From the NCBI RefSeq assembly GCF_963921235.1, contig NC_086097.1:35404001-35468000 (forward strand): DNA of 64,000 nt. The letters run 5' to 3'. Position numbers and translations under genes: made by a program. Shown here one piece after another: positions 36,991-50,271 of this stretch; the stretch's first letter is position 1; each line of letters starts with the position of its first letter. Origin of the DNA: Mobula hypostoma. Lineage: Eukaryota. The notes beneath the pieces were generated by a model. That model saw nothing but the letters and a program-made list of their open reading frames with translations. It did no database searches and had not been told where the DNA came from.

Positions 36991-37477
36991 GGATTCAATA
37001 AGGGAGATTTTGAGAGCTATTTTTCTATAGACAACCCCTTTAAGTGTGTTTTTTTTTAAAAGAATGCATTGTGGATTAGAATTCTTTAACATCTGGCAAT
37101 ATTTCACCACATGTGGTATCTTTCAAGCTTCATCAATGAGAAGGATTTAAGCACTATCATATTATGCTTAGGGACTTCACAGTATGAAGAGAAGAGATGT
37201 CCGAAAAAGCCAGATAGTTAGAGTGCCACCTTTTCTATCGTGGGCAGAAGCTGGTATTTTGTAGTGATTTCAGGATGTTTAAAAGGCATCAATAATAGTT
37301 TTCACATATTTTACATACATTTAAATTGTAAAGGTTCACCAGCCTGGTGCATGTGAGAAAAGCAAACCAGTTGTTAAATGGTTAGAAGGTTAAAGGGGCT
37401 GAGTTTAGGAAGTGATTGACAGGGCAAATTGTATTTTAACCTTCATAAACATAGGATGCAAATTTTTTAAAAAATGT

Positions 37478-37770
37478 ATTCATTTACAGGATGTGGGCAT
37501 CGCCAGCTAAGCCAGCAATTATTGTCCATCCCTAGTTGCCCTTGAGGGGGTGGTGGTGAGCAGCCTTCTTGAACCGCTGCAGTCCCTGAGGTGTGGGTAC
37601 ACCCACAGTGCTGTTAAGGAGGGAATTCCATGATTTTGACCCAGCGACAATGAAGGAACAGCGATATGTTTCCAAGTCAGAATGGTGAGTGACTTGGAGG
37701 CGGATTTCCAAGTGGTGGTGTTCCCAGGTATCTGCTGTTCCTGTCCTTCTAGATAGTAGTGGCTGTGGGT
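37478..37770 (-). mobile_element. CR1/L2-group LINE 3' end
   Basis: AGSKSWNSL.NSTVG.PT.QGLQRFKKAAHHH.LKGN*. Related degraded copies at ~44185-44900 (-) and ~52970-53180 (+). Confidence 0.7.
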
Positions 37771-37789
37771 CAAGAAGGAATGTAGGAAT

Positions 37790-38345
37790 AAGAAAGCTTT
37801 TGCAATTGTATTGGACCATGATGTGACAGCACTGGTATATTGTGTAGAGGACTTGGTCTGCTTATCTAAGAAAGGATGTAGTTGGGATAGAGTGCAGCAA
37901 AAAAATGTAGGTTCTCTAGTGTGTTTACAGGGATGGTGGGTTTGCCAGATGAGGAGAGATTGAGTAGGCTGGGACTGTTCTCCATATTGTTTAGAAGAGT
38001 AAGAAGAGAACTCATCTAAATTTGCAAAACTCTTAAAGGGCTGGATATATTCAGTGAGGGTGCTTTCTCTGTGTAAGTATTCTAGGACTGGAGGCATAGA
38101 ATAAGAATAAGCAGTCGGAATGAGATGAGGAGGAAGTTTTCTCCATTCAAAGGTAGTGAATCTTTTGAATTCTCCATTTGAGAGTGCTGCGGAGCATCTA
38201 GGAAATTGGAACTAAGATTGATAGATTTCGAGATATTAAGGGAAACAGGAGATGTGGTGATAATCCTGACGAAGATGAGCCATGGTCTTGAATAATGGCA
38301 AAGCAGATTTGATAAGCTAGGCTCTGTTTCTAAGTTCTTATGTCC
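37790..38345 (+). mobile_element. Old CR1 3' fragment
   Basis: Eroded LVYCV...YLRKDV...RLGLFS...TGG...V.NL.NS motifs. Confidence 0.65.
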
Positions 38346-41084
38346 AATATTTCAAAAAAATTCCAAGGAATTTCATTGTTGCTTCTTATTACAAGATCAT
38401 TGGATTACAGGATGCTATGCCACAAATCAGTTGTCGAAACTCCATGTGATACGTATTTCATGCCATTTATGTTGAAATATGTTGTTGAAGTAGCATTTGA
38501 AAAGTAAGCTTTAACTTGCAAATTGTGTGATATCATGTGAAAATAATACCTTGTTTTTTTAAAAATACCATTTAATGGCATACAGTAAAGATTATTTTCT
38601 GGTGACATTTCAAAAATGTTGCTTTTTTAATAGGAAAAGTTAATAGAAAAAGATATTAAAAAATTTATCAAAGCTCCAGGCCAAGATTAGCTATTTAGCA
38701 GGAAACTTTGCTTTGTCTGACATTAATCTGTGGAACTGTCAGTTTTGTGTCAACTATATCTTGCTTACATCTGTAAATTCACCAATTCAAATAGGTGTCC
38801 AAAAGAGAGTGGATATGAAAGCCTTTTAAAGAACATTAGCTGTGAAATGGGATTTAAAGTGGCTTCCAGGACAAGTGTAAGAGATTAACATCATTCAGAA
38901 ACATTAAAGCCTCAAACAAGTGAGCCCAATTATTTGGATGCAAGTTACTTTCCTTTCTCTGATTTTGTGGAATAACTTTAACTTTTTACACTCTGCATTA
39001 GCACTTCAGAATCCAACATAATTTTTCATTCTGGATTTAAAAAATCTATTTTCTTATTTATGTACCATATCCTAAAATGGTATGAAAGTAATTTTATTAT
39101 CACCTTTCCAATCAAGGATTATGGTTGTCAAAATCAAAGTCAAGGTCAATTGATTGTTAAAGTGTGTATATGTCACCACATAGCACGTTGTGATACATTC
39201 TCTCTTAGGCATTTACAGGAAAATAAAGAAATACAATTTAAATTTATGAAGAACTGGAAATGACAAAGACTGAGTAACAACCAAAATACAATAAATTGTA
39301 CAAATAATAACAAAGTAAATAAATAGTTCTAAGAGCATGAGTTCTAATGTTCTTGAAAGTAAGTCAATAGGTTGTTGAGTCAGTTCAGTATTGAGCTGAG
39401 TGAAGTTATCCACACTGGTTCAGGAGCCTGATGGTTGAGGGGTAATAACTGATCTTGAATCTGGTGGTGTGGGATCTAAAGTTCCTGTACCTCCTGCCCG
39501 ATGGTATTAACGAAAAGAAAGGGCATTTACTTTCATATCATATTAAGATATTTACATTATGGAGATGTAACATAAAGATTTTTACTCCTCATATATAAAG
39601 AATGTAAGTAATAAAGTCAATTCAATTTAATTTGTTGGAGACAAATTTATTTATTGGAGATTTCCAAACAGACAATAGACATGATGTTATGATTTTTGCT
39701 CGTTTTGCACTACTTACTTAATTTAATTTTTAAATATATATTTCTTACAGTAATTTGCGGAATATATTATGTATTGCATATACTGCTGACGCAGAACAAA
39801 TTTCGTGACGTAGTTCAGAAATATTAAAACTTACCCTTATTCTGATTCTGAAGTCTGAGATAGAATTTTGGATTACAGGACAGTTAAGGACTACAGGGAA
39901 CCAACAGAATGGAGCTGAAAAGTCAGGTCAGCTATCATCTTGCTGAATGAAGTAAGATGCTAAAGGAAGTCCATAGCCTCTTCAGGTTGGAACAAGTTCA
40001 TCTGACTGAACATACATAAAACTAAATGAAACAACATTCCTCCAGACCGCAGTGCACCCATAATACATATATATCACAAACAGCGCATAAAACAAAGTAT
40101 GACTACAAATAAGTTAATATAATATAACTCAAAATGAATGTGGAATGTGCAGCTCAGGTAAAGAGTATTGTAACCAGTCCTACTGATGAGACCTCGGTGG
40201 TGGCAGGGAATTATTTAGTCTCACAGTCTGGGGGAAGAAGCTGTTACCCAGACCTAGTCCAGATGCTCCTCTATGACCTTCCTGATGGTAGTGGGTCAAA
40301 GAGATTGTGGGATGGGGGGGTAGGGATCATCAACAATGCTTTGGGCCTTTCGTCTGCACACTCCCAGTAAATGTCACAAATAGGGGAGTTATAGAACACA
40401 GGACATATAAAATCTATTGCACTATCAATGCATATTGTTAGGTACCCTACATAAAGGAAACTGTTTTAAATAAAGCAGTAAGTAAGTGTCAATGGTAATT
40501 CATCATACAGTCTCATCCATAAACCCCTTTTTGTTTCTCTATGAGTTTAACTGTGTCATCAAAGCCTTTTATTATATTCTAAGTGTGCTTGGGTGTCGTC
40601 ACTTTCAGACATTGCATTCATATTTTACCCCTGGTTTTTCAATCTTTGAACGTAATCACAGTCCAAGATACTTAATGCTCCAGAAACATAATTTAAGACC
40701 TTTAACGTGTATGTGCTTCTTTCATTTTGGCCTTTTTATTTCTGAATATTAATGTACCTCTGACATTGTTCTCTTCTATTTAAATATTCTGGTAAACCTA
40801 TTTTTCTTCAAAACAAAGGGAAAACTCTCCAGTGAAGTGACCCATTAAATATAACTGAGAGCTTGTCCTGGTTTTGTTGACATGTGCCAGTTGTTCACAG
40901 TTGCCCCACACCTGAATGTGCCTGGTCCTGATGCAGAGGGTTGCTGGCCTACAGCATTCCTGTGCCCAGCAGTGAGGCATTGAGAATCAACAAGATCTCA
41001 AATGATGCAATGGAGAAACCCCTGGCCCAAACCACTTGGACAGTTTTGGCAGCTGACATTCAGAGAAATTCCACGAACGAAATG

Positions 41085-41512
41085 GATAACCTATAAGGAG
41101 CATTTGATGGTTCTGAGCCTCTGCATGCTGGCGTTTAGAAGAATGAGGTGGGAAGGAGGAATATAATTAATATGCACAAAATATTGAAAGCCCTAAATAT
41201 AATGGATGTGGAGAGAATGTTTCCAGTAGCTGGAGAGTCTAGGACCAGAGGGCACAGCCTCAGAATAGAAGGATGTCCTTTTAGAACAGAGATGAGAAGG
41301 AAATGCATTACCACAGATGGCTGTGGAAGTCAAGTCATTAGGTATATTTTAAACAAAGGTTGATAAGTTCTTGATTAGTAAGTGTGTCAAATGTTATGGG
41401 GAGAAGGCAGGAGAATGGGGTTGAGAGGGAAAGTAAATCGGCCATGAACATGTGGTAGAGTGGTCCCAATAGGCTGAATGGCCCAATTCTGCTTCTGTCT
41501 TACGATGTTATC
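41085..41512 (+). mobile_element. CR1 3' fragment
   Basis: KILKALN.MDVERMFPVAGESRTRGHSLRIEGCPFRTEMRR. Confidence 0.85.
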
Positions 41513-42607
41513 TGCAAACCTATAAAATGAGATCAAGAACAGAAAAGGTCTGAATTGATAAACATTTAGAAGTAGAAATAATATCACTGAAGAAATAAAA
41601 ATTTATTTATACTTAGTCAAAGTACTAAAGAAAACTCACAAAATTATACAACGAAATACCAACATTACACAAAGTGCTGAAAGTGGTTAGCAGGTCACGG
41701 AGCACCTCTGGAAAGAGCAGAGCGGAGAGCTACCAGCACATTTCAGATGATTATCCTTCAGATTGAATTTGACAAAGGTGTTATCGACTTCGGATAGTGT
41801 GATTCTGTCTACCAGTTTTCGCTCTCACTGAGTGGTCAAATGCTTTACAGTCCTTCAGAGTGCTGGCAGTTCCATGTGTTGGTCGCCTCAGTGGCAGCAT
41901 GTGCAGGCTTTCTGTGTCTGCATCGTCAAACACGGATGTCCCAGAATAGCTCACTTCTAGCTAGGTGCTTTGTAAACTTAGGGATGAAAATAACAGTTGA
42001 CCTGATTCTGCTATCAGGCCTCAGAATGAATGATCTATATATTTATCTGAAGTTCAAGTTCAAGTTTAATTAGCATTTCTTTGGTGTCCAGGTGCAAAAC
42101 ACATTGCCAACAGCACGCGGCACACAGCACATATGGTTATGATGGCAGAAAACACACAGCCACAAAAAACGTACCCCAAGTCTTCGAATGGCATTGCCTT
42201 TGAATGATGGTGCATGGGATGTTGTCCTGGTCCAGCTTGCTCTTCCACCGAGCGAATGCAAGAGGAGAGCACCAAGCGAAAACCAGAGAGCAGCACCAAC
42301 GTGAAGGACCAGCACAGACTCCAGTGGGCCCACAGAGACGTCCGCAGTCTTCAACATCACCGCAGCGTCTCCTCTGCGGCCTGAGGGCCTAGTCCTCACC
42401 ACAACTGAGGCAACAATTGGTCTTGCAAATGAACTAATGAACTGACCTAGCAAGATGTTACACTACCAATGTTCGACATGGTCTCGCGATCACAAGAAAA
42501 ATGTCCAGGGCTATCACTCGGACCCTTGTTTTCAACCACGCACCGCCTCAGCACAACAATGGTACGCAACAAGCCCAGATGACTTCACGTCAACAGTATA
42601 AACTCAC

Positions 42608-42745
42608 TAACAAGAGAAAATCTGCAGATGCTGGAAATCCAAGCAACGCACACAAAATGCTGGAGGAACTCCACAGGCCAGGCAGCATCAATGGAAAAAG
42701 GTACAGTTGATGTTTCAGGCCAAAACCCTTCAGCAGGACTGGAGA
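42608..42745 (-). mobile_element. PLE 3' terminus with degraded hammerhead
   Basis: Matches the PLE end. Minus strand reads AGUC-CUGCUGA...GAAACAUC-AACU. Confidence 0.8.
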
Positions 42746-45732
42746 ACAAAAAGCTGAGGAGTAGATTTTTTTTGTATAAATTCACTGATTGAGTAGACCT
42801 GCAGTTCTTGATAGCCAGCAGTGTCTTGTGAACGTAAAAAAGCATAAAGGATGAACACTTACACTTCTTTTGGTTGGATCCGGAGTGCCCACTGTGTCCG
42901 CGCACGCACCAACTTACCAGATGAATCCATCTATCTGTCTATCTATCTATCTATTTATTTAATCATTTATTCATTCACTTACTCAATTACTTACCTCCCT
43001 TCTTTCCATACATACATGCCTACAACCATCCGACCATACATACATAAATATCCTGCAAATTTCTGGCAAACCTCAGCATTTATAGCCCACCATTAAATGA
43101 ACGATCAGATAATGAGCTGCCTTTCAGGTATTCCCACAGGGTTATTGGAGATGCAGTCCCAGACAGTGGAGCATGGCAATATATTTCCAGATGAGGATAA
43201 TGTATGACTTACAAAGTTATTAAGCACAAAAGCAAGTCCTTCAGCCTTGTGAATCTCTGCTGGCCATCCATCACCCACCTTACATTAATCCTACACTAAT
43301 CCCTGCTTATTCTTCCCTCTTTCCCTCCAGTTCACCTACACACTAGGGGTAATTTGCAGTCACCAATTAACCTGCCCATCTGTGAAATGTGACAGAGAGC
43401 ACTTAGGGGAAGCCCACACAGCTAAATCAAACAACACCAGAGGTCAAGATTGACCTCTCTTCACTGGCTCTGTGTTACTGTGACACACTGAGCTTGAAAG
43501 GAACTTGCAGGTAGTGGAGCTGCCTTTGTCCTCTTCAATGGAACATCTTCATATTCCTCTCTGAATTTCAGGTTAACTTTAACATCATAGCTTTCTATCA
43601 TCAAGACAATAGCTTTTGTTAATTAACAAAGCACTGAGCCACCACTATATTTTCATGTAGCTTTTTTGATGTCCTTGTCATGAACAATTTTTCTTCACCC
43701 AATGTGTTCCTTAATTAATAGTAATAATGAAATACTGATTGAAAGGATTTACTTTATAACTGTGAAGTGTTTCATAGTATCAAACACTGGCCTAGCTTTG
43801 TAAAATGTTAGTGTCTTGGATAAAACATGCAATTTTTGTCCTTTATCTCTTAAGCTTCTTTTACAATCTTTTCAGTGTGAAACAATAATGACATTTAACA
43901 GCATATCTGCCAGTAAATATCTTCACAAAACTAGGACTGTTAGGATATGAGGGTCAATACCCATATGGATCCAGTTTCTTGTAAAATCATTGCCGAGCAC
44001 TTTGAATAATGGCTTTTCACTGAGTTAGTAACACATCTTGTATATGCATATACTTCATCTAAAGACCTTTGTTGAAGTGTTACATCAAAGAGAATAAAAC
44101 TTCAACATTAATTATTTTTTTCTTTTCATTCTCCATTTTTGCTAATTCAATTTAGTCTTTGTATTCTCAGGCTAAATTTAGTTACTTTTTTTAAGAGTCT
44201 GGCTGTTGCTGGCATAGGCAGTATTTATTGCCCTTTCCTGACTGCCCTTGAGAAGTTGATGATGAGCCAATGCCTTGAATGATGCGTTTCTTCTGACGAA
44301 GGGAGTGGGTCTCACGCTGAAGTGGAGCAGTGGGTTCCAGGACTTTAGACCTGGACCTGGGAATGATGGCATACTTCCAAGTCGGCATTTTGGATGGGGT
44401 CCTGCAATTATTGGTGATGGTCCCAGATGCCTGTTGCTCTGGTTTCTTCTTGGTGATAGAGGTCACAGGTTTGGAGACGCTGGCAGGCTAACGTGAGTGA
44501 GAAACCGCAATGGACCTTGTACCGTCTGCAGCAACTCTGCACCCGTGATGTAGGGAATGAATGATTGAGGTGTTAAGCTGCCATGAGAGCTGCTTTGCTT
44601 TGAAGGCTTTTGAGGGTAATTAAAATGTAATGATCCTGAGCTAGATCGAAAGGCTGGCGGAAAGAGCTACCGTGCCAAGAGGTGGGTCATTTGTCACAGA
44701 GTAGCCATCCTCTGACCTGATCTTGTAGTTACAGCATCTAAAAGTGTCTATGATCTCAGGAAGAAGCCAAGGTGGATGATTTATTTAGCATGGTTGCAAC
44801 TGCTTCAGCATTGTCTTTAGTACTCACATGCTGAGCTCTGTCATTCAAGATGGGGGTATTGGGAGAACTTCCTCTGCTTCTTAAACTGTTTAATTATCCT
44901 AGATTACTCATGCCTAGGTGGGACGGAACTGCAAATCTAGCATCTGATCTGTCGGTGGTGGGATCATGTAGCTCTGTCTACTGCATGCTGACTTTCCTGT
45001 TTGGCCCGATGCTCCGACCAGTATGATTGAGCGAAGGACATCCAGATTCCTGAGGGCACATGAGACACAGATGCCGGAATGAAGGATCTGCAGCGGGTAC
45101 TCATCCTGATGCAGGGTTTCGACAAACAACGTCGGCAACTGCTTTCCTCCGCTGTTTTTGATCCGCTGAGTTCCTCCAGCTGGCTGTTTACGGAGCTATG
45201 AGATCTGATTCTGCTGATGGTCCACAGCACCTCATGGATGAGCTGCCAGGTCTGCTCTGCACCTACACTGTTTAACACGATTACAGTGACACACGCCACA
45301 CTGGAGGGAGCCCTTTGTGTGAAGCCAGGCCTTTTTTCTCCGCACATTGCGGTGGTCACTCATAGCAGTGCTATTGCAGACAGGTACATGTGCCGCAGGT
45401 AAACCGGTGATAATCAGCTCATGTAGGTCATTTACTCATTGTGTTAAAAGATTAGCTTTGTTCGCCACACGTACTTCAAAACATACAGTGAAATGCATTG
45501 TTTGCATCAAATCAGATCAGTGAGGATTGTACTGGGCAGCCCACAAGGGTCACCACACTCCCAGTGCCGACATAGCATACCCACAACTCACTAAACCTAA
45601 CCATTATGAAATGTGGGAGAAAACCAGAGCACTCTGAGTGAACCCACACTGTTGCAGGGGGAATCGTGCAAACTCCTTATAGACAGTGGTGGGAATCGAA
45701 TCCCCTAAAACTGCAATGACACCATAGCACAA

Positions 45733-46700
45733 TAGATAGATAGATATACTTTATTGATTCCGAGGGAAATTGGGTTTCGTTACAGCTGCACCAACCCAGA
45801 ATAGAGCATAAATATAGCAATACAAAAACCACAAACAATCAAACAACAAAATGCAAACTATGCCAGATGGAAAATAAGTCCAGGACCAGTCTATTGACTC
45901 AGGGTGTCTGACCCTGCACGGGAGGAGCTGCAAGTTCGATGGCCACAGGCAGGAACGACCTCCCGTGCCGCCCAGTGTTGTATCTCGGTGGAATATGGCC
46001 GAAGTCCAGCAGTAAAAAGTTCAATATCCGGTCTACAAACACGTTCCTCGATCGTAATATGACCCAGATTGCACCATCCGTTGTTAACCAGAACAGTAAG
46101 CACCCAACTCCTTTATGCTTACCACTCTCAGTGCACTTCTGGTCAGCTCGAACGGTCTGGAAGCCATCCATGGAGAAGTTTTGATCAGGTATGTCCTCGT
46201 GCAGCCCCGGTCCAGTGAAACACATAACACTGCACTCCCGAAATGTTCTCTGACACATGGCTAGCGCCGTGAACTCGTCCATTTTATTACCCACTGAACT
46301 CCTCTTCTCCATAAGTCTCTGTTGTCTCGACCCGGTCCTCTTTCCTCGACTTTCTGATCCCCCTATGCATCCTCTGTGTGTTTTCCTCCAGATTTCAGCA
46401 GGGGTGTCCGCTGCTCTGCTCGCTAAACCGGCCAGCATAAGCGCAAGCAGCTGGTCCCTGGAATAAACAATGCGACCATGCTTCTGCCCCACTAATGAGA
46501 TGTGCCGGAATGTAACTATTTCCAGCGCTAAAAACCCAAATAAAACTCTCTCTACCAGCATGTTAGAGAGGGTGCAGCTTCGACGTGTTACCGTGAAAAA
46601 AAATAGAAAAAATAACTTAAGTTAAAAAGTAAGAAGACAAAAGTAAGAATACTAATCGGAACGGCTGTAACAGGCTGCATGCACGATCGGCGCATGTGCA
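45733..46700 (-). mobile_element. Non-autonomous Rex1/Babar-like element: 5' region and partial APE endonuclease fused to the LINE 3' end
   Basis: Minus ORF: SVGNKMDE...CSVMCFT...DGFQTVRAD...SGK.KG.G...DIEL...LRPY (APE N-terminus) joined at ~45993 to IPPR.NT.RH.RSFLPVAI (ORF C-terminus). (tatc)n tail. Confidence 0.85.
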
Positions 46701-47049
46701 CTGATATGCCAGTATTGGTTCATTTACTGCTACATGTCTAGTCTAGCAATTATGTCCTTTGGGAATCAGCAGCTCAGTCTCTGACAGTGCTATGAAACTA
46801 CTCTTGCTGATGGACATCACAAAAGTTGCCCAGAGTACACTTTGAGTCCTTGTTATTTTTAGTGCTTCCAAGAGTTGTTCAAGGAGAACGATAAGTGGTA
46901 ATCAAGTGCCAGTTTGCTTAACTATGTTGTAAGACTTCACGGGGTCTGGAATCAACATTAAGGACTTCTCTCTTCTGCTGATATACCACACCTTTGTGAC
47001 ACCAGGAACACGTGGTGGGTATGGCACGGTATACAGACCATTACAATTT

Positions 47050-47772
47050 ACATGTCCACGCTGTGCTTGTAGGGTAAACAGCCAGAGGCTGGCGGGTAAA
47101 CTGTCAATGTTGGGACTCAACACCCCTCTCTGTAACTGGACCTTGGCATTCTACACTTTCTGAGGAGACAAATGCATACAACTCCCCGTTCCCATTCTAA
47201 CAACTTTCTACAGGAGCACCATTGGGAGTATCTTGTCTGGCTGCATCATTGTGTGGTACGGAAGGTGCAGGTCCTACAGAGGATGGTAAAAACCACTGAG
47301 AGGATCACCGGGATCTCCCTCCCCACTATTTGTGATGTTTACTGTGTATGTTGTAGAGAAGGGTCCAAAGCATTGTTCAGGATCCCTACCAGCCATCCAC
47401 AACCTCTTTGGCCTACTACTGTCAGGAAGGAGGTTCAGGAGCATCAGGACTAAGCCTGCGAGACTGGGTGACAGCTTCTCCCCTCAGGCTGTGAGACTAA
47501 CGAATACCGTGCCACCACTGAGGTCTCATCACAAGGACAGTGAGCTGTTTACTGTTTACTATCCTGTTTACTGTTTACCTGTGCTGTGCAGTACATGCAC
47601 TTTGAGTTATATTTTATTAACTTATTTGTGGTAATATCTTGTCTAATACAGTATGCTGTGTGCGGTAAATGTTTTGTGGGTTCACCGTGGTCCAGAGGAA
47701 TGTTGTTTTGTTTGGTTGTATATATAGGAACAGTCGGATGACAGTAAACTTGAACATGAAATGGAACTTGAC
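47050..47772 (+). mobile_element. Rex1/Babar-like LINE 3' fragment
   Basis: LQRMVKTTERITGISLP; P.HNLF.LL.SGRRFRSIRT...RL.DSF.PQAVRL; (ttgaac)-like tail. Confidence 0.8.
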
Positions 47773-48244
47773 CTTTGTTATCCACTCTGGTGACCTTCTC
47801 CTGATTCCAGGACAGTATGTACCCAGGGAGTCTAGCACACTGTCTGTAAAGTTACTCTGTATAGCAATATCAGCGTCACTGCCTTTAAACACCAATCCCC
47901 AAAGGTTTGTGAAGAGATTTTTGGAAGGTTGATTGGGAAAGAACGGAATCAAAATAACTACAGATGCTGGAAATCTGAAATAAAAAAACCGAAAATACTG
48001 GAAAAACTTCAAGGTCAGGCAGCCGTAGAAGGAAAAATACAGTAATGATTGGTCATTGAGTTGAAACGTAATCTTTCACACATGCAGCCTGACCTGCTGA
48101 GTGTTTCAAACATTTTCTATTTAAATTGGGAAAGACTTTACTGTATCTGAATTCAGTAAAATAAATTGATAAAATTGTTTTATTCTCTCAGCTACTGGAG
48201 TACAGTGGAAGACTTTGTTTGACATGATATACATTCAGACCTTT

Positions 48245-48560
48245 GCAGCATCGTAGTGTAGTGGTTAGTGTAATGCTTTCCAGTGCCAATGGTCCTGGTT
48301 CAATTCCCACCACTGTCTGTGAGGTGTTTGTATGTTCTCCCGATGACCACATGGGACTCCTCTGGGCACACCGGTTTCCTCCCACATTCCAAAGACTAAT
48401 GGTTCGTAAGGTTAGTAGGCTATGGGCATGGTACGTTCATGCCAGAAGCCTGGTGACACTGGCAGGCTCCTCCCAGCACATCCTCGGACGGTGTCATTGG
48501 GAACAAGTTACACATCTCACACGTTCGATGATTTGATGTACATGTCATAATAAAGATTAT
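48245..48560 (+). mobile_element. tRNA-derived V-SINE
   Basis: A box TAGTGTAGTGG, B box GGTTCAATTCC, V-domain ...tctgggcacaccggtttcctcccacattccaaagac. Confidence 0.8.
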
Positions 48561-48650
48561 CTAATCACATCAGTACAACAAGTTAGCACAAGAGCAAAGT
48601 CAAAACAACATGTGGAATATAATGTTACAATTACAGAGAAAGTACAGTAC

Positions 48651-48786
48651 AGGCACTTGTAGGAATATAGGCATTAGCAGGAGCATGGACACTTTTACGA
48701 CATGGGCAATTACAGGACACAGGCACTTGTAGGGACATGGGCACTTATAGGAAGTAGGGAACTTGTTGGGCACAGGCCCTGACAGG
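48651..48786. repeat. Degenerate 17-18-bp minisatellite, ~7-8 units
   Basis: Units such as aggcacttgtaggaatat, aggcattagcaggagcat, gggcaattacaggacac, aggcacttgtagggacat, gggcacttataggaagt. Confidence 0.75.
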
Positions 48787-50100
48787 CCAGTCCAGGTAAG
48801 GATGGCAGATATACACTACTAAAGGTCATTAGGGAACCGATGGTTTTTAAGACTATCCAATCATTTTTACGGCCATCATCATTATAAGCGGTTGTCGTTT
48901 TCTGAACTCCCAATTAAAAACTGAATTCAAAATTGCATAGAAACAGTGGTGGGATTTGAATGCAGGTTTCGGAGTTGTTGGTAATTTAGCATTGGTTTAT
49001 TATTGTCATATGTACCAAGATACACTGAAAAGCTTGTCTTGCATACTGTTCATATAAATCAAATCATTACACAGTGCCTAGTGCTAGATTGAGGTAAAAT
49101 AATAACAATGCAGGATAAAGTGTAAAGCTACCAAAAAAGTGCAGGGCAGGGTAGGTAAGTGATAAAATGTAAGATCACATTGAGGTAGATTGTAAGGCCA
49201 AGAGTCTATTTTATTGTAGAAGAGGTTCATTCAAGAGTTCGATATCAGTGGGATAGAAGCCGTCCTTGCAGCTGGTAGTACAAGCTTCCATAAGTAACTG
49301 TTTTAACTGTTTAAATAAGTAAACAGTTTCACAATTTATTCCAAATTAGGAAGTATTCTGTATACTTTGTTCAAGAATTTTCAGAAACATAATCTGATAA
49401 TTTATTCTCTCATCAATTGCCTTTGTTCTACAACAATTGGTAATAGTGTAGCAGGGATAAGACGTTCAAAAGGTAACATCAGAGAATCTTAAAAAAAATC
49501 AGCATGGACTGAATTAGTAATTAAGATATTCATTGCTAGGTTGGAAATTATTTGAAATTTCAACGATACATCACTACTTAGTAAGAGAATACTATCTGCA
49601 AATAACAAGGATTTTGTAGGTTAGGGCACTTGCCTTAAAGTCAAAGGATAAACATATGTGATTCATCACATTACAAATAGAATCGTAGACTCCAGCTTCC
49701 TTGCATTCATGTACAAAGCATCAATTTATGAGATTATCCTGTTGTGCTTTCCCATTGCTTCTCACTAATGGGATCCCCGATGGTTCCAACAAGAGGAGTC
49801 TGATTTTAATTATCCTTTGATATGTATTCTTCTCACTGCAGTGTACTTTAGATCATTTGAATGTGAATAAATCGCAGTCAGATTGAATTATGATCCGAAT
49901 AACACTGCATTCGTAACACATGGGAGCATACAGTGACAGACAGATGAATTCAAAAGGATCATTGTACCTCTCTGAATCAATTACACTCTGAACTTTATGG
50001 CGATCATAAATCTTAATGAAATTAAAAAATCTGTCCATAAACTGAAATTTCTGTACTGATCTGAACAAGTGAAACATTAAATCAAATCAGAATTTCACTA

Positions 50101-50271
50101 CAACACACACAAAAAATGCTGGTGAACGCAGCAGGCCAGGCAGCATCTATAGGAAGAGGTACTCAACTGTACCTCTTCCTATTGATGCTGCCTGGCCTGC
50201 TGCGTTTACTAGCATTTTTTTGTGTGCGTTGCTTGAATTTCCAGCATCTGCAGATTTCCTTGTGTTTGCAT
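50101..50271. mobile_element. Short PLE foldback insertion (171 bp) lacking the hammerhead core
   Basis: ~62-bp arms around a 6-nt loop (tcaact). 14-bp TSD TCAGAATTTCACTA at 50087-50100 and 50272-50285. Confidence 0.92.

Noticed and set aside
48245..48315. tRNA gene
   Set aside because: A and B boxes are present, but I see no complete cloverleaf and it continues into a V-SINE body.
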